A stretch of DNA of 64,000 nucleotides from the human T2T-CHM13v2.0 reference genome, Homo sapiens. The translations under genes and the position numbers were made by a program. Positions 13,431 to 24,788 of the stretch are shown here, piece after piece (the stretch's first letter is position 1; every line of letters starts with the position of its first letter). Under the pieces are notes generated by a model. That model had not been told where the DNA came from. It searched no databases and saw nothing but the letters and a program-made list of their open reading frames with translations. The stretch lies in NCBI GenBank assembly GCA_009914755.4, contig CP086569.2, positions 62,048,001 to 62,112,000 of the forward strand, written 5' to 3'.

Positions 13431-16400
13431 TTCCATTGCATTCGATTCCATTACATTAGACTCCATTCCATTCAAGTTCATTCCATTCGAGTCCATTCGA
13501 TTCCAGTGAATTGCATTCGAGTCCATTACATTTGATTCCATTCCGTTCCATTCCATTATATTCGATTCCATTCCATTCCAATCCATTCCATTCGATTTCA
13601 TTCCATTCAATTGCATTCCATTAGATTGCATTCCATTCGATTGCATTCCATTCGAGTTCATTCCATTCGAGTTCCTTCCATTCGAGTTCATTCCATTCGA
13701 GTTCATTCCATTCCAGTCCAATCCATTCGAGTCCATTCCATTCCAGTCCTGTATTCGATTCCATTCCATTCCATTCCACTCGATTCCATTCCACTCGATT
13801 CCATTCCACTCGATTCCATTCCATTTGATTCTATTCCATTCCATTCCATTGCATTCAATTCTATTCCATTCCATTCGATTCCTTTCTTTTTGGGTTCATT
13901 CCATTCTAGTCCACTCCATTCCAGTCCACTCCAATCAAATCCATTTCATTCCATTCCAGAAGATTCCATTCCATTCAAGTCCATTCCAGTCGCTTCCAAT
14001 CCATTCCATTCAAGAAGATTCCATTCCATTCAAGTCCATTCCAGTCGATTCCATTCCATTCCATTGCATTCCATTCGATTGTATTCCATTCCATTCCATT
14101 AGAATAGATTCCATTCCATTCTATTCCATTCCATTCGATTCATTTCCTTTCGAGTCCATTCCATTCGAGTCCATTCCAATCAAGTCCATTTCATTCCAGT
14201 CCATTCCATTCGATTCCCTTCCATTCGATTCTATTCCATTCGATTCTATTCCATTCGATTCTATTCCATTCAATTCTATTCCATTCGATTCCATCCCGTT
14301 TGATTGCATTCCATTCGATTGCATTCCATTCGAGTCCATCCAATTGAATCCATTCCATTTGCATCCATTCAATTCGAATCCATTCCATTCGTGTCCATTC
14401 CATTCCATTCCATTCCCTTTGAGTCCATTCCATTCGATTCCATTCCATTCCAGTCCATTCCATTCGGTTCCATTCCATTCCTTTCCATTCCATTCGATTC
14501 CATTCCATTCGATTCCATTCCATTCAATTCCATTCCATTCGAGACTGTACTATTACACTCCATTCGATTCCATTCCATTCGATTACATTCCATTCGATTC
14601 CATTCCATTGCATTCCATTCCATTCCATTAGTTTCCATTCCATTCAATTCCATTCCTTTCGTTTCAAATCCCTTCCATTCAATTCCATTCCATTCAATTC
14701 CATTTCATTCGATTCCATTCCTTTCGAGTCCATTCCATTCAAGTCCATATCATTCCAATCCATTCCCTTTGAGTCCATTCCATTCCAGTCCATTCCACTA
14801 CAGTCCATTCCATCCAATTCCATTCCATTGGATTACATTCCATTCGAATGCATACCATTCGATTACATTCCATTCGAGTCCATTGAATTACACTCCATTC
14901 CATTCCATACCATTCCATTCCATTCGATTGCATTCCATTCAAGTTCATTTCATTGAATTCCATTCCATTCCGGTCGATTACATTCGAGTACAATCCACTC
15001 TATTCCATTCCATACCATTCCATTCCATTCGAGGCGATTCCTTTCAAGTCCATTGCATTGCAGTCCGTTCCATTTGATTCCATCCCATTTGATTCCATCC
15101 CATTCGAGTCCATTCCATTCAAGTCTGTTCCATTCGAGTCCGTTCCATTCGAGTCCGTACCATTCTATTCCATTGCTTTCCTTTCCTTTCCTTTCCTTTC
15201 CATTCCATTCCTTTCCATTCCATTCCATGCGAGTCCATTCCATGCGAGTCCTTTCCATTCCAGTCCATTCCATTCAATTTCGATTGCATTCCATTCCATT
15301 CTAATCCGTTCCATCCGATTGCATGCCATCCGATTGCATGCCATCCGATTTGATTCCATTCTGTTCTATTCCATTCCATTTGATTCCTCTTCCTTTCGAG
15401 TCCATTCCATTCTAGTCCATTCCATTCCAGTCCATTCCATTCGAGTCCATTCCATTCCATTCTAGTCCATTCCATTCCATTAGATTCCAGTGCATTTTAT
15501 GCCATTCCACTCGATTCCATTCCATTCCATTCCATTCCAGTCCATTCGATTCCATTCCATTCAAATCAATTCCATTCCAATCCATTCCATTCCATTCTAT
15601 TCCATTCCATTAAATTTGAATCCATTCCATTCCATTCCAGTCCATTCCTTTCAAGTCCATTCAATTCCATTCCGTTCGAATTCATTCCATTCCATTCCAT
15701 TTGATTCCATTCCATGCCATTCCATTCAATTCAATTCCATTCGATTCCATTCCATTCAAATCAATTCCATTCCAATCCATTCCATTCCATTCTATTCCAT
15801 TCCATTCCACTCTATTCCATTCCATTAAATTTGAATCCATTCCATTCCATTCCAGTCCATTCCTTTCAAGTCCATTCCATTCCATTCCGTTCGAATTCAT
15901 TCCATTCCATTCCATTTGATTCCATTCCATGTCATTCCATTCAATTCAATTCCATTCGATTCCATTCCATTCAAATCAATTCCATTCCATTCTATTCCAT
16001 TCCATTAAATTCGAGTCCAATGCATTCCCTTCCCTTCCATTCCTTTCCATTCCAGTCCATTCCAGTCCAGTCCATTCCATTCGGATCCATTCCATTTCAT
16101 TCCATTGCTTTGAATTCCATTCCATACCATTCCAGTCCAGTCCATTACATTCGAGTCCATTCCATTCGAGTCCATTCCAATTGATTCCCTTTCATTTGAT
16201 TCCATTCCATTCGTTTGCATTCCATTCGATTCCATTCAATTAGATTCCATTCCATTCGTTTCCATTCCATTCGAGTCCATTCCATTCAAGTCCATTCCAT
16301 TCCAGTCCATTACCTTCGAGTCTATTCCATTCCATTCTATTCCATTCCATTCAATTCCATTCCTTTCGATTCCATTCCATTTGAGTCCATTCCATTCCTG

Positions 16401-17220
16401 TCCATTCCATTCCATTCAATTCCATTTCATTCCAGTCCATTCCATTCCTTTCCATTCCATTCCATTCGAGTCCATTCCATTGCATTCCATTGCATTCAAT
16501 TCCATTCGATTCCATGCCATTCCAGTCCATTCCTTTTGAGTCCATTCCATTCCATTCCTTTCGAATCCATTCCATTCCATTCCATGTCATTCCATTCCAT
16601 TCCATTCCATTCCATGTCATTCCATTCCATTCCATTCCCTTCGAATCCATTCCATTCCATTCCGTTTCCTTCCATTTGATTCCATAACATTTGATTCGAT
16701 TCAATTCCTTTCCATTCCAATCCATTCCATTCCATTCCATTAAATTCTATTCCATTCCATTTTATTCCATTTCACTCGAGTCCATTCCATTCAAGTCCAT
16801 TCCATTCCAGGCCATTTCTTTCGAGTCCATTCCATTCTATTCCATTCCATTCCATTCCTTTCGGGACCATTCCATTACTGTCCATTCCATTTGAATCCAT
16901 TCCATTCCAGTCCATTACATTTGATTCCATTCCATTCGATTCCATTCCATTCGATTGCCTTCCATTCCAGTCCATTCCATTTGAGTCCATTCCGTTTCCA
17001 TTCCTTTTGATTCCATTCCTTTCCATTCGAGTCCATTCCATTCCACTCGATTGCATTCCATTCGATTCCATTCCATTCGAGACCGTTCCATTCTGATCCA
17101 TTCAATTCGAGTCCATTCCATTCTATTACATTTCATTAGATTCCATTTCATTTGATTCCATTCCATTCGAGTCCATTCCATTCCATTCCATTCGAATCCA
17201 TTCTATTCCATTCCATTCCA
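13431..17220 (+). repeat. Human Satellite 3 (HSat3 / (CATTC)n = (GGAAT)n), block A, near-pure pentamer with typical cgagtccattc / cgattccattc variants
   Basis: About 3.8 kb of ttccattccattcgagtccattccattcgattccattcc.... Every ORF on both strands here (e.g. 13825-14631 IPFHSIPF...; minus strand MEWNGMEWN...) is a 5-bp-periodic satellite translation. No Alu-derived inserts are present in this block. Confidence 0.95.
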
Positions 17221-20200
17221 TAACACTCCCGTTCCACTTTACTCCACTCCACTCCATTAAATTCCATTATATCCAATTCCGTTCCACTCCATTCCACTCC
17301 TCTCCTCTCCACTGCACTCCACTGCACTCCATTCCACTCCATCCCATTCCATTCTGCTCCATTCCACTGCAATCCACTCCACCCCACTCATCTCCACTTC
17401 ATTCCATTCCATTCCATCCCATTCCATTCCTCTCCATTCCAGTCCACTCTACTTCACCTCACTCCACTCCACTCTAGTCCACTCCATTCCATTCCATTCG
17501 ATTCCACTGCATTCCACGCTATTCCTTTCTTTCAAAAGTATCTCACTCTGTCACCCTGCCTGCAGCACAGTGGCACAATCTCAGCTCACATTTCATTTCA
17601 CCATTCCATTCCATTCCACTCCACTCTACTCCACTCCAATCCATTCCACTCCACTCCAGTCCACTCCACTCCTTTCCATTCCATCCCATTCCATTCCACT
17701 CCTTTCCACTCCACTCCACTCCATTCCATTCCACTGCATTCCATTCCACTTTACTCCAGTCCACTCCACTCCATTTCATTCCACTGCATTGCATTCCACT
17801 CTTTTCCACTCCATTCCATTTCATTCCACTCCATTCCATTCTACTCCCTTCCACTCCTCTCCACCACATTCCACTCCATTCCATTCCCTTCCATTACATT
17901 ACATTCCATTGCATTCCACTCCACTCCACTCCATTCCTCTCCATTCCATTCCATTCCACTCCACTCCATTCCATGCCATTCCATTCCACTCCACTCCATT
18001 CCATTCCATTGCATTCCACTCCATTCTGCTCCACTCCACTCCACTCCACTCCCTTTCATTCCATTCCACTTCACTCCATTGCATTCCATTCCTTTCTTTC
18101 GACAGGATATCACTGTGTCACCCAGGCTGGAGTGCAGTGGCACAATCTCTGCTCACATTACATGTCAACTTTCCATTTCATTGCATTCTATTCCATTGCA
18201 TTCTGCTGAATTCCATTGCATTCCATTGCATTCCATTGCATTCCATTGTATTCCATTCCATTCCGTTCCACTCCACTCCACTACATTCTATAACATCCAA
18301 TTACATTCCACTCCTCTCCATTCCACTGCTCTCCCCACCACTCCATTCCACTCTATCCCATTCCATTCCACTCCATTCCACTGGACTCCGCTCCACCCCA
18401 CTTCACTCCACTTCATTCCATTCCATTCTATCCCATTCCATTCCTCTCCATTCCACTCCACTCCACTTCACTCCACTCCACTCCACTCCACTCCAGTCCA
18501 CTCCATTCCATTCCACTGCATTCCATTCCTTTCCTTTCTTTTGAGAGTATCTCACTCCATCACCCAGCCTGGAGAGCAGTGGCACAATCTCAGCTGACAT
18601 TTCGTTTCACCATTCCATTCAATTCCAATCCATTCAGTTCCATTCCGCTCCACTCCACTCCACTGCAATCCATTCCACTCCACTCCATTCCATTCCACTC
18701 CACTCCTTTCCATTCCATTCCACTCCTTTCCTCTCCAATGCACTCTACTCCACTCCATTCCATTCCACTCCATTAGATTCCATTCCTTTCTTTTGACAGG
18801 ATCTCACTCTGTCACCCAGGCTGGAGTGCATTGGCACAATCTCAGCCCACTTTTCATTTCACCATTCCATTCCATTCCATTCCACTGTACTCCACTCCAA
18901 TCCACTGAATTCCAGTCCACTCCACTCCAACCTATTCCATTCCATTCAATTCCAATCCCTTCCATTGCACTCCTTTCTTTCGACAGGATCTCCCTCTCAC
19001 ACAGGGTGCAGCGCAGTGGCACAATCTCAGCACACATTTCTTTTCACCATTCCATTCCATTCCGTTCCATTCTGTTCCATTCCATTCATTTCCATTGCAT
19101 TCCATCCCACTCCATTCCATTCCACTCCACTCCTCTCCACTCCACTCCCTTCCATTCCATGCCATTCCGTTCCTTCCTTTCCAAAGGATCTCACTCTGTC
19201 ACATAGGCTGGAGTGCAGTGGCACAATCTCAGCTCACATTTCTTTCCACCATTCCATTGCATTCCATTCCATCCCATTCCATTCCTCTCTATTTCACTCC
19301 ACTCGACTCCATTCCACTCCAGTCGACTCCATTCCACTAAACTCGACTCCACTCAACTCCATTCCATTCCATTCCATACCATTTCACTCCATTGCATTCC
19401 ATAGCTTCTTTTCCACAGTATATCATGGTGTCACCCAGGCTGGAGTGCAGTGGCACTATCTCAGCTCATATTACATGTCAACTTTCCATTGCATTGCATT
19501 CTATTCCATTACATTCAATTGCATTCCATTCCTTTCCATTGCATTCCATTCCATTCCATTCCTTTCCATTCCATTCCACTCCGTTCGACTCCACTCCACT
19601 CCATTCCTCTACATTCCATTACATCCGATTCCATTCCACTCCATTCCACTCCTCTGCACTCCACTGCACTCCACTCCATTCCACTCCATCCCATTCCATT
19701 CCGTTCCATTCCACTGCACTCCACTCCACCCCACTCCACTCCACTTCATTCTATTCCATTCCTCTCCATTCCACGCCACTCCTCTTCACTCCACTCCTCT
19801 CCAGTTCACTCCATTCCGTTCTATTCCATTACATTACATTACACTGCATTCCATTCCATTCCATTCCTTTCTTTCGAGAGTATCTCACTCTGTCACCCAG
19901 CCTGGAGTGTAGTGGCACAATCTCAGCACACATTTCATTTCACCATTCCATTCCATTCTATTCCATCCCATTCCATTCCACTCCACTCCATTCCAGTCCA
20001 TTCCATTCCACTCCTTTCCACTCCACTCCATTCCATTCCACTCCATTCCATTCCTTTGTTTTGACAGGGTCTCACTCTGTCACCCAGGCTGGTGTGCAGT
20101 GGCACAATCTCAGCTCACATTTCATTTCACCATTCCACTCCATTCCATTCCATTCCACCGCACTCCACTCCACTCCACTCAATTCCATTCCACTCCAGTC

Positions 20201-23200
20201 CACTCCATTCCATTCCATTCCAATCCCTTAAATTCCACTCCTTTCCTTCAAAAGGATCTCCCTGTGTCACACAGGCTGTAGCACAGTGGCACAATCTCAG
20301 CACACATTTCTTTTCACCATTTCATTCCATTCCATTCCACTCTATTCCATTCCATTCCCTTCCACTCCACTCCAGTCCTCTCCATTCCACTCCACTCCAC
20401 TCCATTCCACTCCATGCCACTCCATGCCAATCCACTCCATTCCATTCCACTCTACTCCACTCCTCTCCATTCCACTCCAATCCACTCCACTCCATTCCAC
20501 TCCATGCCAGTCCACTCCACTCCATTCCATTCCACTCTATTCCACTCCACTCAACTCAATTCCACTCCCCTCCACTCCACTCCATTCCACTCCATTCCAC
20601 TCCCCTCCCCTCCATTGCATTCCCTTCCATTCCATTCCTTTCTTTCCACAGGATCTCACTCTGTCACAAAGGCTGGAGTGCAGTATCACAATCTCAGCTC
20701 ACATTTATTTTCACCATTCCATTGCGTTCCATTCCATCCCATTCTATTCCACTATATTTCACTCCACTCCACTCCATTCCATTCCACTCCATCCCATTCC
20801 ATTCGACTCCACTCCATTCCACTCCATTGCACTCCACTCCACTCCATTCCATTCCACTCTACTTCTCTCCACTCCACTCCCTTCCATGCCATTCCATTCC
20901 ACTCCACTCCTTTCCATTCCATTCCACTCCACTCCATTCCACTCCACTCCATTCCATTCCACTCCATTCCATGCCATTCCATTCCACTCCACTCCATTCC
21001 ACTCTACTCCATTCCACTCCACTCCACTCCATTCCTTTATTTCTACTGGATCTCACTCTATCAACCAGACTGGAGTTCAGTGGCACAATCTTAGATCACA
21101 TTTCATTTCACCATTCCATTCCATTCAATTCCATTCCATACCACTCCGTTCCACTCCACTCCACTCCACTAAATTCCTTTACATCCGATTCCATTCCACT
21201 CCATTCCACTCCTCTCCTCTCCACTGCACTTCACTCCATTCCACTCCATCCCATTCCACTCCATTCCACTGCAATCCACTCCACCCCACTCATCTCCACT
21301 TCATTCCATTCCATTCCATCCTATTCCATTCCTCTCCATTCCAGTCCACTCCACTTCACCCCACTCCACTCCATTCCATGCCATTCCATTCCACTGCATT
21401 CCATTCTATTCCTTTCTTTTGAAAGTATCTCACTCTGTCACCCAGCCTGGAGCGCAGTGGCACAATCTCAGCTCACATTTCATTTCACCATTCCATTCCA
21501 TTCCATCCCACTCCACTCCACTCCACTCCAATCCATTCCACTCCATTCCACTCCACGCCATTCCAGTCCACTCCACTCCTTTCCATTCCATCCCATTCCA
21601 TTCCACTCCTTTCCACTCCACTCCACTCCATTCCATTCCTTTCTTTTGACAGGATCTCACTCTGTCACCCAGGCTGGTGTGCAGTGGTACAGTCTCATCT
21701 CACATTTCACTTCACCATTCCATTCCATTCCATTCTATTCCACAGCACTCCACTCCACTCAATTCGACTCCACTCCACTCCAATCCATTCCATTCCAATC
21801 CCTTCCATTTCACTCCTTTCTTTCGACAGGATCTCCCTCTGTCACACAGGTTTAGTGCAGTGACACAATCTCAGCACACATTTCTTTTCACCATTTCATT
21901 CCATTCCATTCCGTTCCATTCCATTCCATTCCATTACACTCCATTCCATTCCACTGCATTCCATTCCACTCTACTCCAGTCCACTCCACTCCATTTCATT
22001 CCACCACATTCCATTCCACTCTTTTCCACTCCATTCCACTCTATTCCATTCCATTCCACTCCTCTCCACTCCACTCCATTCCATTTCATTCCATTCCACT
22101 CCATTCCATTCCCTTCCATTCCATTCCCTTCCATTACATTCCATTCGATTGCATTCCACTCCACTCCACTCCATTCCTCTCCATTCCATTCCACTCCACT
22201 CCATTCCATACCATTCCATTCCACTCCATTCCATTCCACTCCACTCCATTCCATTGCATTCCACTCCACTCCACTCCACTCCATTCCATTCCATTTCACT
22301 CCATTGCATTCCATTCCTTTCTTTTGACAGGATATCACTGTGTCACCCAGGCTGGAGTGCAGTGGCACAATCTCTGCTCACATTACATGTCAACTTTCCT
22401 TTTCACTGCATTCTATTCCATTGCATTCCATTGCTTTCCATTGCATTCCATTCCATTCCATTCCACTCCACTCTACTCCACTCCATTCCATACCATTCCG
22501 TTCCTTTCTTTCCAAAGGATCTCACTCTGTCACAGAGGCTGGAGTGCAGTGGCACAATCTCAGGTCACATTACATGTCAACTTTCCATTTCTTTGCATTC
22601 AATTGCATTCCATTCCTTTCCATTACATTCCATCACACTCCGACTCCGACTCCACTCCACTCCTCTACATTCCATTACATCCTATTCCATTCCACTCTAT
22701 TCCACTCCTCTCCACTCCACTGCACTCCACTCCACTCCATTCCACTCCATCCCATTCCATTCCTCTCCATTCGGCTGCACTCCACTCCACCCCACTCCAC
22801 TTCATTGCATTCCATTCCATCTCATTCCATTCATCTCCATTCCACTCCACTCCACTTCACTCCACTCCACTCCTCTGCAGTCCACTCCATTCCATTACAC
22901 TGCATTCCATTCCATTCCTTTCTTTCAAGAGTATCTCACTCTGTCACCCAGCCTGGAGCGTAGTGGCACAATCTCAGCTCACATTATATTTCCCCATTCA
23001 ATTCCATTCTATTCCATTCTATTCCACTCCACTCCACTCCAGTACATTCCACTCCACTCCACTCCAGTACATTCCACTCCACTCCACTCCTTTCCAGTCC
23101 ATTCCAGTCCTTCCCATTCCATCCCATTGCATTCCACTCCTTTCCACTCCACTTCCCTCCACTCCAATCCATTCCATTCCACTCCATTCCATTACATTCC

Positions 23201-24788
23201 TTTCTTTTGACAGGATCCCACTCTGTCACTCAGGCTGGTGTGCAGTGGCACAATCTCAGCTCACATATCATTTCATCATTCCACTCCATTCCATTCCATT
23301 CCACTGCACTCCACTCCACTCAATTCCACTCCACTCTACTCCAATCCATTCCATTCCATTCCAATCCCTTCCATTCCACTCCTTTCTTTTGACAGGATCT
23401 CCCTGTGTCACACATTTCTTTTCACCATTTCATTCCATTCCATTCCACTGCATTCCATTCCATTCCCTTCCACTCCACTCCACTCCTCTCCATTCCACTC
23501 CAGTCCACTCCACTCCATTCCAATCCGTGCCACTCCATTCCACTCCACTCCATTCCATTCCACTCTACTCCACTCCACTCAATTCCACTCCACTCAATTC
23601 CACTCCACTCCACTGCATTCCATTGCACTCCATTCCATTCCGTTCCATTCCTTTCTTTCCACAGGATCTCACTCGGTCACAAAGGCTGGAGTGCAGTGGC
23701 ACAATCTCAGCTGACATTTCTTTTCACCATTCCATTGCATTCCATTCCATCCCATTCCATTCCACTGTATTTCACTCCACTCCACTCCACTCCGTTCCAC
23801 TCCATGCCATTCCATTCCACTCCACTCCACTCCATTGCTTTCCATTCCTTTCCTTCGACAGGATATCTCTGTGTCACCCTGGCTGGAGTGCAGTGGCACA
23901 ATCTCAGCTCACATTACATGTCATCTTTCCATTGCGTTGCATTCTATTCCATTGCATTCCATTCCATTCCATTCCTTTCCATTCTGTTCCATTCCATTCA
24001 ATTCTCTTCCATTCCACTCTGTTCCACTCCACTCCCCTCCACTGCACTACATTCCATTACATCCGATTCCATTACACTCCATTCCAGTCCTCTCCACTCC
24101 AGTGCACTCCACTCCACTCCATTCCACTCCATCCCGTTCCATTCCGCTCCATCCCACTGCACTCCACTCCACCCCTCTCCACTCCTCTTCCTTCATTCCA
24201 TTCCATTCCACCTTTTTCCATTCCTCTTGATTGCACTCCAATCCACTTCACTCCACTCCACTCCAATCCATTCCATTCCATTCCACTGCATTCAATTCCA
24301 TTCCTTTCTTTAGAGAGTATCTCACTCTGTCACCAAGCCTGGAGTGCAGTGGCACAATCTCAGCTCACATTTCATTTCACCATTCCATTGCATTCTACTC
24401 CATTAAATTCCACTCCACTCCACTCCAATCCATTCCACTCCACTCCACTCCATTCCAGTCCACTCCAGTCCTTTCCATTCCATCCCATTCCATTCCACTC
24501 CTTTCTACTCCACTCCACTGCTCTCAACTCCATTACATTCCATTCCACTCCATTCCATTCCAGTACTTTCTTTTGACTGTATCTCACTCTGTCACCCAGG
24601 CTGGTGTGCAGTGGCACAATCTCAGCTCACATTTCATTTCACCATTCCATTCCATTCCATTCCACTGCACTGCACTCCACTCAATTCCACTCCACTCTAC
24701 TCCAATCCGTTCCATTCCATTTCAATCCCTTCCATTCCACTCCTTTCTTTCGACAGGGTCTCCCTCTGTCACACAGGCTGTAGTGCAG
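17221..24788 (+). repeat. HSat3 block B: a distinct subfamily (CACTC/CATTC mix) organised as ~1.3-1.6 kb higher-order repeats containing recurrent ~65-bp Alu 3'-end fragments
   Basis: The composition switches at ~17221 (taacactcccgttccactttactccactccactcc...). Alu-derived units have the form ttcctttcttt(c/t)gacaggatctcactctgtcacccaggctggagtgcagtggcacaatctcagctcacatttcatttcaccattccattcc. They occur about 25 times, at ~17530, 18100, 18545, 18795, 18975, 19175, 19405, 19870, 20055, 20250, 20645, 21045, 21415, 21640, 21820, 22320, 22505, 22920, 23205, 23385, 23650, 23855, 24305, 24570 and 24750. Distinguishable variant types recur with a ~1.3-1.6 kb period. The agtatctcactctgtcacccagcctgg type is at 17535/18545/19875/21425/22925/24315. 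The gatatcactgtgtcaccc...cacattacatgtcaactttcc type is at 18100/19410/22325/22540/23860. The gatctccctctgtcacacagg...cagcacacatttcttttcacc type is at 18985/20255/21825/23390/24760. Long flanking satellite stretches are also colinear between periods, e.g. 17280-17570 vs 21190-21480. Confidence 0.9.

Noticed and set aside
17570-24576. Very long ORFs (up to 750 aa) on the plus strand and many 60-140-aa ORFs on the minus strand within 13.4-24.8 kb
   Set aside because: They are periodic translations of the pentameric (CATTC)n/(GGAAT)n satellite plus Alu fragments (IPFHSIPFHS..., MEWNGMEWNG...). The low-complexity peptides show 5-bp/15-bp periodicity and no start-codon context. Identical peptides appear in all three frames.
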